Shown piece after piece: positions 23,954-38,463 of a stretch of DNA of 64,000 bases. A program made the position numbers and the translations under genes. Location of the stretch: contig RSEE01000015.1 in NCBI GenBank assembly GCA_003971905.1, positions 62,001 through 126,000 of the forward strand. Reading direction: 5' to 3'. The first letter of the stretch is position 1. The number at the start of each line of letters is the position of its first letter. The DNA is from Moniliella sp. 'wahieum'. Its lineage: Eukaryota. The notes below the pieces were generated by a model. That model saw only the letters and a list, made by a program, of their open reading frames with translations, was not told where the DNA came from and made no database searches.

Positions 23954-25383
23954 TCACACACACCACACGTCAAGATATGAAGGAAGGTGTTGGGTCGTCT
24001 TGTGCTTGAGGCGTGAGTGGGGCGTCAATGGGCTTTGCAGGCGAAGGAGGGTTGTGCGGGCGATGCCGCAGCTCACCCCCCAAGCCCCGGCGGAGGGCAC
24101 CGCCGATGCATCGCCCTCGTTGGCACCGAGACCGGTCAGCTGAGTTGAACCTGCTTGGGTCGCGGCCTCACGGATCGCCATGTTCGACCCAGGAGGTTGT
24201 ACTGGAACCGAGTTTAGACCCACAGCAGTAGGGCGCGAGCGTCCAGTTTCTCCGAGACTGGAGTGGACATCCCTCCTGGGCGGCGTTGAGACGCGCCTCT
24301 CCCGATGCCCGATGCGCCTTGGGCCGGGCAACTTGCCCCGCATGCACCGCGTCCGACTGGGTGGCTTGTTGTTGTTGTTGCTGGTGCCGGCGTCGGCGCT
24401 CCCTTTCCTCGGCCCGGCGTTCGCGTTCGCGCTCCCGCGCTCGCGGTGCTGCTTCTGGACCGAGGCTTCCCACCCCTTACCGTCATTGAGTAGGTTCCAA
24501 TCGTACTGATCGTCCTCCTGCTCACCTCGGGACTTGAGCACATTGTCCATCAAATCGCGGATAAAGTCATAGTCGGGCTCCTCATCAAAGCCAAGTTTGC
24601 GCACATAGTTGAGGTAAATAGCGAATTCCTCTGGAAGGCCTTCGCACAACTTGGCCACCGGGGTGGACTGCTTGGTATCGCCAATCTTTTCGTACTTTTG
24701 TCTGTTGGTGGCGGCCTTGAGTCCCTGCCAAGGCAGGGAGCCGCGGAGAAAGTACATAAACACATGTCCGAGCGACTCGAGGTCATCCCGGCGTGACTGC
24801 TCGCGACCGAGGTGGGTGTTGATGGACATATACCGAGCCGTACCAGAAAGAGACTTGCGCTCACGGTAAGGGATGTGCTGCTTGGTCTTGGGGTCGCGGT
24901 AGAGCTTGGCCATGCCAAAGTCGACGAGGTGGACCACGTTGGCCCCCTTGGTACCGGCCGGCCAATGAGGAAGTTGTCGGGCTTGATGTCGCGGTAGATG
25001 AGGTTCTTTTCGTGGACGCTCTGGATGCGTGTGATCATCTGCTTGGCAGTCATGCATACCGTCTTGACTCCAAACTTGCGCCCACACATGTCAAACAGGT
25101 CCTCGAGGGAGGGCCCGAGGAGGTCGATGACGAGGACGTTGTGCAGGCCCTCTTGGCCAAAGTAGTAGACCTGGGGGATGCCAAAGGATCCGCTCAGGAT
25201 CTTGTACGAGCGGTACTCGTCGCGCAGCTGCGGGGCATCGCTCTTGCGCGGCTCAAATTTGATGGCAACGGTTTGGCTGTTGAGCAGGTTGACGCCTTCA
25301 AAGATGACGCCAAAGGAGCCCTCGCCAATCTTGCGGCCGACCTTGTAGTGGATGCCAACGACGTTGGCGGAGGAGCTGGACAT
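23954..25383 (-). CDS. Casein kinase I, Yck1/2-Cki type; 3' end approximate
   Basis: [46 protein letters not shown] and [27 protein letters not shown] Cys-containing C-terminal stretch (LTCG.C) fits a palmitoylated tail. Confidence 0.95.
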
Positions 25384-25734
25384 GGGGCGGGGGCGGGCAG
25401 GGCGCGCGGGGCTGGACGCGGAATGTTGCGTGGATGGCGTGGACGGGTGGATGGCGTGGATGGCGTGGACGGCGTCGAACGGGTGCCGAACTTGGGAGCG
25501 TCTGTCTGGTTGCGTCGGGCGCTCGTACTGGCTAGGCTGCCGCCGCCGAACGGGGCCAGCCAGGCAGCTCCCCAGCCCAGCCCAGCCAGGCACCCCGCAC
25601 ACGTGACCGGCACATCCCCATTCCGCCTCGGCTGCTTCCGCCCATTTTCTTTTTTTTTCTGGCCCGGTGCGCCTGCCTGCCGCATCCAGGCCGCCCAGCC
25701 GCCTCCGCCCTTCCCACGACCGCCCCCGCCCCCA

Positions 25735-28700
25735 ATGAGCGACGGCACGCTCGCTCTCTTCTGGACGCTTGCGTCCGACGAGCCCGACAAGCGCATCGGG
25801 GCTGCCGAGGCGCTGGCCACCGCCCTCGCGCCCCTCCTTGCCACGGCCGAGGCCGCCGACGCCGACATCGAGCCCGCCGTGCTGGCCCAAGCCGACGAGC
25901 CCCTCCAGCAGGGCGACTGGCTCCAACCGCCCAGCCCCGAGAGCGTCAAGGCCGCCCAGGCCGCCCTCGACCGCCTTCCCCGCGAGGTGTCCTATGCCAT
26001 GACCCGTCTTGTGCGTGGCCTCGCCTCTCTCGTGCGTCGGCCCGGCTTGGGTTTGCAACCGCGCTGGCCCCGCTCTTGGCGCGCTGCACGACCCTGGCGA
26101 AGAACCGTCTGTCGCCCACGGCGTTTCTCAAGCTTGTTCTCCACAACACCTCTGTTTCTTCGCGTGCATCGGGCCAGGAGGAGCGCGACGCCCTCTTTGC
26201 CAAGCTCTTTGCCATCCATGCCCTCGCCCTCGGCCCCGCGTTGAGCCACACCTACGACCCTGCCCCGCACGCGCCCTCCAGCTAGCCACCCGCATCACTC
26301 TCGCCACTGCTGCATCCAAATCCTGGCTGTCAGATGCCGCTGCGGCCGTTCTGGTTCAGCTTTACCGGGTTAGCGCGGGAGCAACCCTCCCGAGGCCGAG
26401 GAGTGGATGCGCAACAAACTTTCCCCCTCGCGTCGGCGGGACGGGCAGTGCTCAGTTCGGACCGGATTGCTATTCTCCTTGCCATTCAAAACACCCTTCC
26501 CGCTCCTTCCTATACGATTGCGGACGACTGGGCGGAGCGCGTCTGCCCGCCTTTGGTGGTACCTACCGTACTGGCAAGGGAAAACGTATCTGTTCTTGCT
26601 GCGCTCCTGCTGGACCAAAAAGTGGAGGAGAAGGACACTGCACAAGCGGCCAACAAGGGGCCAGTACCTGGTCGGCCGAGTTACCCATGAGTTGCGCCTG
26701 CTTGTCGAGCTTTACTCGTCTCCTGAGCCTCTCCAAGGGGTCTGCTCCCTCGCCGCAATCTGGACTTCGGTGGTGGACGAAACCTGCTGGCCGATTCGGC
26801 CTCGGCCGAGCGCAAGCTGTGGGGCTTCAGATGTTCCAGACGACGCTCTTGGCTTTGAGCCAACGGGACTGGCGCAGCGCAGCTGATCGCTCCGCTCTTG
26901 ACGTCCAATTGGTGCGGCAACTCGCTTACCACTCGAGGAAATCCGACCGGCTTCTTTACGCCGCTGCGGTACAGACGCTCGACACGCTTGGCTACGTCGC
27001 CCGACCCCACCTTGGCACGCACCATTCTTGGAACGGGTGCCTTGGCGAGCACCCTGACCAAGGCACAGTCGGCAGCATTCTCCCTGCTACTGTACTTTCT
27101 GGCCTGGTACAGGACCCTAGCGAGACCCAAAAGTACCTTGCGACGGTGCAGGAGACGCTCACTACATTCCTCCAGCCCCCCCTCTGAGGAGCAAGAGGAA
27201 AAGACCATTCCTCCCCGAGCTGCTTGGGCCTTGGATGAGCTCATCCACATTCTCCGCGTCGGTGGGAAGAAGGAGGAAGCGACGGCGCATCAGGTGCTGG
27301 GATGTTGTCCCTGTACGCTTCGGTCGCACCCAAGCAAGGTTTGTCCCCCGGAGGGTATGACTGTGCCGATCCCCGTTTCGGAGCAGCATTGGCCTTGGCC
27401 CCTTTGCTTTGGGCCCCTCCTTTCGGCTCTTGTATCTGAGTGAGGCAGAGACCCACTGGCTCCCGTGGGTGTGGGAACGAATTGGGACGTTGGCCTCGGC
27501 TGCGTTCCCGACGAGTCGGCCAAGCCAAAGGGGAAGAAGCGTCGTTCGTCCGCCGGCCCGGCGGTCCCAACCGCCTCCTGGCTCTTGCCCAGGGATGGGC
27601 GAGGCGCTGGCCGGGGCGCCTCTGACTGAACGGGAGCACGAGCACGAGGTGGACCCAGCTGTGGCACTCCAGCAGGCTCGCACGGTGGTAGCCAGGTTGC
27701 AGTCCCGACAGGGTTCGACCGACTTGGCTCTGCGCGACTTGGTTGTCGCCTGTGGTTTGTACACGCTCAAGGAACCGCAGGGCGGTGCCGAGGCCTTGTC
27801 CCAAGCCCTGCTTGTGGTGGATCAGGAGGAAGAGGACGATGGCCTACTCATTCAAGCCGTCTTGGTCTGCACCGAGCAACCGTCGGCGTTCCTTCGCTCT
27901 GTGGCCGAACGCACGTTTGCGGCGTACGCGGCCCAATTGACCCCTTCGGCGATTGAGGCGGTGGTGAGGCAGCTTCTCCCTCCACTGGAAGACGAGGAGG
28001 AGGAGGAAGAGGAGGAGATGGAAGAAGAGGAGATGCCATGTCGGGTGTAGAGGAAGAGGAGGAGGATTCGGACCTCAGCTCCTCCGACTCGGAAGCGGAG
28101 TCAGACGGAGAGGAGGATGGCGAGCTGGATCCCGAATTGGTCAAGAAGCTTGAGGAGGCTTTGGGAGACGATGGGGATGAGGATGCCGAGGATGCCGAGT
28201 CGGTTGTGGCAGGCGACGAGGAGATGTTGGCGCTGGACAGCAAGTTGGCTCAGATCTTCCGCCTGCGTCAGCGTGCAGCCGAGGGATCCTCCACCAAGTC
28301 CAAGCGGGCACAGGCGGCGGCAGCCGCGGCAGTGCAGAACCGCCTGCTGGACCTTCTGGATGTGTTTGTGCGCAAAAGCATCAAGGTGGCCCACTCCGCT
28401 GGGCAAGACGCGCCCAACGCCGGCAGCCAATCTTCCACTGTCATCTTCCTTCTGGAGCCGTTGCTGGCCATTGTCACGGACGCTCAGGCGGACAACAGGG
28501 CGGCGTCGAAGAGCAAAGCGGACAAGAGCAAGACCAAGTCCAAGGCCCGCCAAGCTCGTGCCGAGGCAAGTGGCATCAAAGCAGCCAAGGCAACCGCATT
28601 GATCGCTCGGATTGTGGGGGCCAAGGACCCATCTCTTTGCCCGAAGGATCGGTGGCCCGGACGCAAGCGACCGAGTTGGTAACCAAACTTTTGGCCACCT

Positions 28701-29581
28701 TGTCGAGCCCAACCACTCCGCCTGCTGCACAGGAAGCCGAGAAGGTGACTCTCTTCCTCACCCGATCGCTGCTGCACTCCTCCTCTCAGGAGGGGCGGAG
28801 CGCTCTAGTGGCGGCTTACACTGAAGCAATTCAGGCCTCGCTTGGGTTGGGCGAGAACCGCAAGTCGTCCATTCGGGCCAAGTTCTTGTCTGATGCCTTG
28901 AACCGCTTCCCACAACTGGGCTGGGCCGTGCGCGAAGTCCCCTTGCCTGCTCTGACGCTTCAAGAAGAGAAGAAGACACAGCCGCTCCAAGCATTGGCGT
29001 TGGTCCAGGTTGTGGCCAACCAGGCAGTACTGGGAGCAACGAAGGGTGCGACGGGCAAGCCCAAGGAGGTGCAAGCGTACCTCTCCCAGGTGTTCAACGC
29101 TGCCCTTAGTCTGGCGGAGGAGGAGGCCGGCCTTTCCACCCCCACTCCCACTCGGGCCAAGGAGGAGATCAAGTTCCTGATGGCGGTTCAGAGGATGCGG
29201 CGGCGTGTGGACGGCAAGGCCGAAGGCTCCAAAGAGGAGAAGAGTCGGTTGAACACACTGTACATGGCGCTGACTGGTGGGGTGTATGGGGCCACAAAGA
29301 GTGTGCATGGGCTTGCCAAGCAGCTGCTGGGCATGGTGGGGGCCCCATTGGACAAGGAAGCTTCCTCGGTGGCGCACAAAGACTCCAAGGACAAGAGCAA
29401 GAAGCGCTCGGCGGCTGAGGAGCCGCAGGAGGACACGTCGCTGTACCCCGACGCGGACACGACGGCTGCCTCCTTTGTGTCTGCCCTGGATGAGGTCCCG
29501 GACCAGTCGATGGTCAGTGCGACGGGAAGTATGGCGTCGAAGAAGAGCAAGAAGAAGAGCAAGAAGCAGAAGACGGCGTGA
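25735..29581 (+). CDS. POL5: DNA polymerase phi / Pol5 (MYBBP1A-like rRNA biogenesis factor)
   Basis: N-terminal '[15 protein letters not shown]' and '[12 protein letters not shown]', '[13 protein letters not shown]', an acidic tract then '[15 protein letters not shown]', and a Lys-rich C-terminus. Confidence 0.85.
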
Positions 29582-30161
29582 TTGCTGCTGATTGTTTCCA
29601 GCCGTCTGTCCTGTTCCTGCTGCCCTCCCCCATCTGCAAAAGCGTGTGCACCGTGTAGCGAATCGCATCTATTCTCATGTTGCCATACCAACGCTTTGTA
29701 TATCTGCACTCACTCTTAGTAGGACTACGCTTGTGCTAGGGATACCGAGTGCTTCCAACCATGCACACCGCCATAGGGAGCAAAAGAAGCCAGTAAGGTT
29801 GTCGGGAGGTTCCCATATTCAATGGGGGAGACATTGGGAGAGAACAGGGGGGTAAGCGGGAAGAACTCAGCAAAAAGTAATTGCTTCGTGCCAGGCTCGA
29901 ACTGGCGACCTCAGGATGGCGTGGATGGACCACTCATACAGGGAGTATGAGACCTGCGCGCTAGCCAACTGCGCCAACGAAGCGGGTTTGCTCATGGCCC
30001 GCACCCATAGAATGAATACTAGTGCGACTGCTGGCACATCCGCTGGGGAGCAATTAATTAATTCGGCAAGCCAGTCATTTCACAGGCACAACAGCAGCTC
30101 GTGTGGCTTTGTGTCGCCCCCACCAGTCGCCACCTCCATCCCCATCCTCGGCCGCCTCGCC

Positions 30162-33100
30162 ATGCGCAGACTCGCGCAGCCCATGGGCATGCTCGTCCTC
30201 TTCATCACCACCGTCATCGCCACAGCCATAGCAGCCGCATCTGCTCCCTCCCCAGCATCCACCGCCGCCGCCCCACAGCACCCGAAGCGCATGCACCGCC
30301 GTGGCCCATCACACCCCATCAGGACCATGGTGGCGTCCAGAGCAACGTGTTGGACCTGCTCGCTGCTTCAGCAGACCATAGGGTGCTGGTACGGCTCCTC
30401 CAGCGCGCACGGATCATCCCGTCCATCAATGATCTGCAGCACCAGGGTACCAAACTCACCTTCATTGCGCCCGTCGACTCCGCCTGGCCGCCTGCTGTAC
30501 AGCAGGCGTTCGCCAACGACTCGGTGGCCGAGAAGACCCAGCGTTTGGCTCTCGCGTCTCTCTTCAACGCCACCGCCTCCCAACCAGACGCTGTTGATGC
30601 CGAGCTGGCTTCGTTGCTGCAGTACCACATCGTCCGCCGCTCCCTTCTCCCACAGCTCATCCACCCTCCCACGTCGCATGGCCGGCATCTCGAGTCGACA
30701 CTGCTTGTCCCGCACCGCAGAAATGCTGGCCAGGCTGCATCCTTGGCCCCAGTCCTGACTGGCCACCAACAAATTTTCGTTGACTACTCGGGCAACGTCA
30801 CCTTTGGCTGGTCCTATGGCCCTGTTGCTTCGCCCAACACCACCTCTGCCTCCAACTCCTCGGCGACAATTCGCACCGCAGAGGGTCTGTATGGCATCAA
30901 TTGCACCAAAGGTCTGGTCGTGGCTGTAGATGGGGTGCTAGAACGTCCTCCCCCGCTTACTACTTTGATGCGGACTCACCCTCAACTGAGCTACCTCTCC
31001 CGCCTCATGGATCTAGGAACGGGACGCCTCCCCTTACCGGTCCCCTTGGACTCGGCGGATCTGACTGCCTTTCTGCCCACCGACCCGGCCTTTCTTTCTT
31101 CCGCCTCCGGGCTCACTTTGGATGAGTCAACCTGGCTCGAGGACGCCAACGACTCCCTCGCTGCCCATGACCGCGCCAAGTTGGTCGCATGGCATATTGC
31201 CGCCAAAGAGAAAGTACTCTATCTCCCCTTCCAGGAACGGAAACAGAACATCACCATGGCGCTTGGTGGATCGTATACTCTCGATCCCCACGGAAGTAAC
31301 GACAATGGCCCGCAACTTGGCCCGGCCGAGGTGGTGGAAGAGTCTATACTGGTGGAAAATGGGGTGGTCCATCTACTGGGTTCGGTCTTGTCGCCCTACC
31401 GTGTTGCCCCGGCACGGTCGATCCTCCCTATGAACATGCATCGCGTTCTCGCGGCCCGGGGGCGGGCCAGTTTGCCGACCTGCTGCAACAGAATGGGTTG
31501 GGTTGGGCTATCAATCAACCGGCATGGCCGACGCTAGAGGACCCTTCTCACCCCAGCGGGGGAGAAATCCCTTCCCATGAGGACAAGGTCCCTGACCGAC
31601 TTACTGTGCTGGCACTCACAGACGATTTTTTGACTGGACTTGCTCTCCCCTTTGGTCGATTTGCTCCTGGGTATAATACAACGGGAAGGGACGTTGATGC
31701 ACCAAAGAGCCACCAAACTGGCACAGCCAACGAAGTGGCGCGGGAGAAGCTCAAGGATCAACTCAGCTACCACATTCTCCCTGCCGGATGGGGTCTGTTC
31801 AACCTAACCGATCCAGGGATGCAAATTTCCAGTAGCAGAAAATGGATCCAATATCGGTACCTTTTACCTACCCAGCTCTACCCTTCTGGATTGGGTGGCC
31901 GGCGTCAACGGCTCGATGTGCAAGTGCAGATCCCCGCTGGCGACGATCACGATGATGAAGATGACCATGACCATAAGGACGAGACGACGCTCCCCAGCAC
32001 CAGTGCCTCCAGTTCAGTCCAAGTCATCTTTGGTGGACGCGCGGCCCTGGACCTGGAACCCATCACAGTGGGCTCAAGGGGGGACGTACTTTGGTTCCTT
32101 CGTGGAGCACTCAAGCCCCCAAAGACGTGTTCAACGTTCTTCTTAGTGTTGGTGCGGGGGACTTGAGCCAATCTCCCTCTTCTGAGGGGGGAGTGGCCCT
32201 CTTTGCCTCCTGGCTGTCGGCAACAGAGAAAACGCGCTCGCTCCTTGAACGGGGGCAGAACATTACGGGACTTGTACCGCGGGATGAAGCTCTGTCTGCG
32301 CAGCGTCTGGGTAAATTGTTTCTCAATGCGATCACTCGCTCCTCTTCCAACCTTGCTCGCGTGACGGAGTTTGTTTTTGTTCACGATGTGGTTTATACGG
32401 AAGACTTCCCCTCCTCCCCGTCCATGATCACACTACATGATCAGATCCCTCTCCTCTTCTCCGACCCTGACCCCTTCTCCTCCCGTCTTCGAAACTCTCG
32501 AGGGCGAGGACGTTTCTCTTGGGTCGTACAGCTCGCCGCACCATGGCGCCTCCTTGTTCGCCGCTACGCCTGAGCGGGGACAGGATGTGGTGGCGGACCT
32601 CCAAGGCAAGCACGACCTCTTGACCAACACGGGTGTTATCCATCTTGTGGACTCGCTCCTTCTCCCTGCCGATCTGGAAGTGTCGATTGTACGTGCGGTT
32701 CTGTTTCTGTGTTCACTGGCTAACGTTCTCTAGGCGGACCTGTTGCTTTCGTCGGATGTGACGGAGATGTACGAGTTGGTATCCAAGACGCGCTTTGCTC
32801 ATATTCTGGGGTCGGATTCTACGTCTGCCACTGCGGCCTCGAACAATGGGACCGAAGGGGACCCCCACGCGCCAATGCCGTACGTTCTTCTCGCACCCAA
32901 ATCCGGAGCGTTCTCACCACGCCTCCTGGCCCTGCTGCACAACAACTCGGAAGCGCGCGAGGCGTTCGTTGCTCGCCATCTGATCAAGTTGCCCGGTGCG
33001 ACGGACGATTGCTCGCTCCTTGGCACGAGCAGGTGGCGTACCGAGGGGGCGGAAGACGAGCGAGCCCGGATCCGCCCCACTTTTTTCGGGTGGCGCGGTT

Positions 33101-33672
33101 GGACCAAGTTGGGATGGCTCCCCAAGCGTCCATCTCCCGATCTGCCTTGGCCCCCTGCCCCCCCGGCCCCGCACCGCGGACCAACCCTCTACATGGGTTC
33201 ACCCCTTTGGACCTCACGGATGGCGTGGTGTGGGGGACGTGCGCCAACAACCGTTTGAACCAACTGGTTCTGCGTGTCGCACCGGCCTCGAGCGAGAAAG
33301 AAAGGAGCCCGCCATTGGGGAGCGGGCAAGGGCCCACCTACCTGGTAGGAATCAACAACGCCTACGGTTCAGCGTCGGGAAAGGGCCATTCGGCCCATGT
33401 GGTGGACCACGGGGTGCAAGTGCCGCTTCGAAGCAAGCGCCCAGGTCTCAACCAAGTACTGTCAACAGTGGCGGGGTGGGGGTACTGGATTGACTCGGTT
33501 TGTGGTGTACAACCCGCTGTGGGATACGCCCCAACAGCATTGGACGGCCTGGCTGCTGTTCCTGGCGGCTGTGGGCGCAGGGTGCTTCCTGGTCTACCGC
33601 TTGTTCCAAGTATGTGAGGAGCACCGTCGCGCACGTCGTCTTGCCGAGCCGCTCGAGGGGGAAGAGGAGTAA
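30162..33672 (+). CDS. Multi-fasciclin (FAS1) domain type I membrane protein
   Basis: Hydrophobic signal segment. Repeated FAS1 H1/H2 motifs (TFIAPVDSAW, LLQYHI, TAFLPTDPAF, NGVVHLLGSVL, TGVIHLVDSLL, VLLAPKSGAF). C-terminal TM (WLLFLAAVGAGCFLVY) and short tail. Confidence 0.8.
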
Positions 33673-34143
33673 CAAGGATAATCACGATTCCCCTCCTCGT
33701 TGCCACGCCCGCCCTTGTTTTTTTTTCGTTCTCGTCCGCTCCCCAGTTCCTTCCCCATGACCCGCATTTCTTGTACGATTTCCATTTCGCATCCACTTAG
33801 GCTCAACGTGTATGATATGCTTGTAAGCGTGTCCCGCTCGGCTTGGGCGGGATGGGCTGTGATTGGTAGCCGCCTCTCTCCTTCGCCATCGTACCGTCTG
33901 CCGCCACCTGTTTTGACATATGCATTCCCAAGGTCTAAAGCCTATGGTCCACTGGCCATTCTCACGCTCCTCAAGGGGTGAGTCCATCCTGGTTCTTCCT
34001 CTGGTTCCCTCTATACAGGGCTTCCTTTCACATCCCCATGTCACCGAATAAGATTCGCTCCCAGTTGTACAGCGGCAGGCACCACAGCTATAAATTGAAT
34101 TGCCATCCGCGTCCCCCGGTTCGTGCTAGGGAACCGAGCCAGA

Positions 34144-36035
34144 TCAGAACCCACCGCCATCCCGCGGGAAAAGGTGGCCGTTTGCCGCCGCTGGGTGCCC
34201 TCCAACTTGGGGCAGTCGCGGATCGAGTGGCCCAAGCCACCGCAGTAGGAGCAGCCCTGGCTTGCGCCTCCGGTGCCCACCAGCGCCGCATGGGGATCCT
34301 CGATTTCCGTCAGGAAGGCAGGCACTGGTTGCCCCGCTTCCAGCAGCAGGTACTTCAAGTCCAACAAGGTCTGGTCCGGGGTGGAGCGATTGACAAACGT
34401 GGTCGCCGTCCCCCGCTTGCCCGAGCGGCCTGTGCGGCCAATCTGATGCACATAATCTTCAATCTCTTTGGGCATGGTGTAGTTGATGACATGTTGGATC
34501 TCGTTAAAGTCCAATCCTTTGCTCGCCACCCCCGAGGCAACCATCACGTCTTTTTGGCCCGTCTTGAACGCCTTGATGGCAAACTCGCGTTCCTCTTGCG
34601 ACTTGGAGCCGTGAATGGCGACGGCCGAGATGCCATGCATCAGCAGGTACTCTTGGATATCGTCCACTTCGTTCTTATTGTCACTAAACACAATCGTCGG
34701 CGGTGCGGTCTTGTAGATGGTCTGCACCAGCATGGGCATCTTGGCTTCGGGCGCCACCTCTTCAATCACCTGGTCGATCGCCATGCTCGCCGCCCCCGCC
34801 CGACCCACATTGACCACCACGGGCTTGATCAGACTTTGTTCGGCAAAATCTTGGATTTTGCGCGGCATGGTGGCGCTAAAGAGGAGGGTTTGTCGTTGGT
34901 GCTGGAAAAAGGACATGATGTTGCGCACGTCGTCTTCAAAGCCCATGTCAATCATCCGATCCGCCTCGTCCATGCAGAGGTACTTGCAGCTGGTCAGGTT
35001 CAGCCGTTTTCGCTGCAACATGTCCTGCAGTCGCCCGGGCGTCGCAATCACAATATGGAACCCGCGCGAAAGCACATCCTGTTGTTCTGCCATATTGATC
35101 CCTCCAATCGCCAGCAGCACCTGGACCAAAGGGTAGCCTGCCTGGGCCAACACTTCGCACATGGCCTTGGTGTTTTCGTAGGTTTGACGCGCCAGCTCGC
35201 GCGACGGACACACAATCAGCCCGGTAGGCCCTTCCCCACGATCATACGGCAGCCGCATCTCGTCCTCCGCTGCAAACAGCACAATGGGCAAAGTAAAGGC
35301 GAGCGTTTTTCCCGAACCAGTAAACGCAATCCCAATCATGTCCCGTCCGGCAAAGGCGGTGGGCAGCCCCTGCATCTGGATGGGCGTAGGCTTCTTGATC
35401 TTCTTTTCTTGGCGGAGATAGCGGAGCAGAGGCTCGGGGATGCACATGTCGCGAAAGTTGGTGATGCAAGGCGGTACGTCCTCGCCATCGGTGAGGATAT
35501 GATGGGTCTTGCGCACCGCCTCCATCTCTGCTGCCGACATGTCGGCAATAAACTTGGGGGGCGCCACGAGGTGGTGATGGGTTCCACGTACGATATTCCT
35601 TGGGCCAGTTCGTTGGCACCTGCCAAGCGCTTGTTCTTGGCCAGATGCGCGGCGAGAATTTGACGCTCCTCCTCGGCCAGACGTTGGGCCTCTCTTACTT
35701 TCGTATTTTTCCTTTTCGCGCAGCTCCCGCGCCTCATCCAGCAGCCTCCGGTGCGAGCGCTGGGGGCACCGTTCCTTCCCTCCGGCGCATCGGGGTCTTC
35801 CCCGACTCGTCCTCGCCACCCCGCGCGTCCGATCCGGGCGCCGAGGAGGTACTGGCGGCCGGGGCCAGCGCAGCCTTGCCCACACGCGCGCTCGCTCGCT
35901 CCAGCTGCCGGCGGCGACGCACGTTGAGCGGAACATACTCGTCGTCCGACACATCATAGGGGTCGCGGGCGGCGTCTCAGTGCGGCGCCGCTTGAGCGAC
36001 TGGAGCGAGGACAGACTGTCGGCTGTGGCGGCCAT
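34144..36035 (-). CDS. DDX41: DEAD-box RNA helicase DDX41/Abstrakt
   Basis: KPTPIQMQG, AFTGSGKT, PSRELARQ, DEAD, FSATMP, HQIGRTGR and C-terminal zinc knuckle CSYCGGLGHSIRDC. Confidence 0.93.
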
Positions 36036-36345
36036 GGGGGAGGGGGGGGGGGTGGCGGTGGCGGTGGCGATGGTAGCGGCAGGCTACGGCGTACCATCCA
36101 TGCCCATCTCTGGTTACCGGTTACAGCACCTGTGTTGCAGGCTGGGTGCGTGCCTTTTTTTATCACACACGCGCGGAACCCGCGGCGGAATCCGAGTGGT
36201 CGCCTGACGTGTGAGTCATTCCAGCCCGCACAGGGACAATGCGCGGATGCGGCGGGCGCCAGTTCTTTGTTCTTGGCCCCATCTACCCCTCCCACGCCCA
36301 CCCTCTCCACCTCCACCTGTCGTGTGCCGCTGCCGCTGCTCCGCC

Positions 36346-38463
36346 ATGCCGACGCTTGCCGACATCCAGGCCCAGCTCGCCACTCTCTCCATCGCTGGCC
36401 ACGACGCGCCTGTCGCGCACGCGCCCGCCAGCAGCCCGGCCGAGTACAAGACCGCCGTCGCTGCGGTCCACTCGGGCCCGGCCGCTTACCTCAAGACGCT
36501 CGTGTTCAAGCCCAAGGGCAAGGCCACGCCGCTCATTGTCGTTGCTGCCCGACACGACCGAGACGAGCTCCGGACCGCTGGGTAAGAAATTAGGCTCAAG
36601 GACCTGCGCCTCGCTTCGGCCGACGTGCTGGCGGCCGCGCTCAACGCTACCAAGGACGATGTGCGCCGCTGTCCATCACGAAGGCCAACGCGGAGCAGGT
36701 GACGGTCGCCCTGGATAGCGTCCTGGCTGCATCGACTGCCAACGCCGTGCACGCTGGCTCGAGCGACAAGACGCTCCTCTTGTCGGGCCAGGACATTGCC
36801 ACCTACCTGCCAGCACGGGGGTCAAGACCGAGGTGATTGACTTTGCTGCGCTGCAGACCGAGGCGGCGGCCGCAGCGCCCGCGGCAGCCAAGAAGGCGCC
36901 TGCCCCCAAAAAGAATGCCAAGATTGAGGATGCGTCGTTGATTGGGATTACGGTGCGCAAGGAGGGCGACTTTTCGGATTGGTACCAGCAGGTGCTCCGC
37001 AAGGGCGACATGATTGACTTTTACAATGTGTCGGGCTGCTATGTGATCAAGCCGTGGTCTTACTTTGTATGGGAGTGCATCCAAGGCTTTTTCGATGCGG
37101 AGATCAAGAAGCTGGGGGTGGAGGACTGCTACTTCCCCATGTTTGTTTCGCAGGATGTGCTGGAACGGGAGAAGGACCACATTGAAGGCTTTGCGCCCGA
37201 GGTGGCCTGGGTCACCCGTGCCGGCCAATCCGAACTGGAACGGCCGGTTGCCATTCGCCCGACGAGTGAGACGGTTATGTACCCCTACTATGCCAAGTGG
37301 ATCACGTCGCACCGCGACCTGCCGCTGAAGCTGAACAGTGGAACTCGGTGGTGCGGTGGGAGTTCAAGCACCCGCAGCCGTTCCTCGCACTCGGGAGTTC
37401 CTGTGGCAAGAGGCCACACTGCGTTCCTCACCCGCAAGGAGGCCGAGGAGGAAGTGTACACCATCCTCGACTTGTACCGCAAGTGTATACTGACCTGCTG
37501 GCCCTGCCGGTCGTGCCGGGTGTCAAGTCGGAAAAGGAAAAGTTTGCCGGCGGCCTGTTCACCACGACAGTCGAGGGCTTTATCCCTGCTGTCGGCCGTG
37601 GCATCCAGGGGCACGTCGCACTGCCTCGGCCAAAACTTTAGCAAGATGTTTGACATTACCGTCGAGGACCCGGCGCGGACGCTTCGGTGCGCGGGACCCA
37701 AGAGGGCAAGATCCACGTGTGGCAAAACTCGTGGGGCCTGTCGACGCGCACGCTGGGTGTGATGGTGATGGTGCATGGGGACGACAAGGGCTGGTCATGC
37801 CCCCGCGCGTGGCCAAGCTGCAGGTGGTGATCATCCCAGTTGGCATCACGGTCAAGACGACGGATGCGGAGCGGAAGGAAATCCACGATGCGTGTGACGC
37901 GCTCTGGAGCAGCTCGTCGCCGCGGGCATCCGGGCCAAGTTTGATGACCGGGACAACTACAGCCCCGCGTGGAAGTTCAACGACTGGGAGCTGCGGGGTG
38001 TGCCGGTGCGGTGGAGCTGGGCCCGCTGGACCTGAAGAAGAAGTCGGTGTTCGGCGCGGCGGGATACGTTCAAGAAGGCAGCGCTGCCGCTGGCGGGGAT
38101 CGAGAAGAGTGTGGCGGAGCTGCTGGAGACGATCCAGTCGGACATGTACACCAAGGCGGAGGCGGAGTATGCGGCGCACCGCAAGGTGTGCACCGAGTGG
38201 GACGAGTTTACGACGCTGCTGAACGCCAAGAACCATGTGATCATCCCGTGGTGCAAGGAGGAGGCGTGTGAGGATGCGATCAAGGACCGCTCGGCGCGGA
38301 CGGTGGAGAATGAGGAGGAGGTGGACGAGCGTGCGCCGTCGATGGGCGCCAAGTCGCTGTGCATCCCCAACGACCAGGCGGCGTATCCGCCGATCGAGGG
38401 CAAGGTGGCCCGCAGTGCGGCAAGAAGGCGCTGGCGTGGACGATGTTTGGGCGGTCGTACTAG
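36346..38463 (+). CDS. Cytoplasmic prolyl-tRNA synthetase with N-terminal YbaK/ProX-like domain
   Basis: KTLVFKPK (YbaK-like), [48 protein letters not shown] and terminal FGRSY*. Confidence 0.95.
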
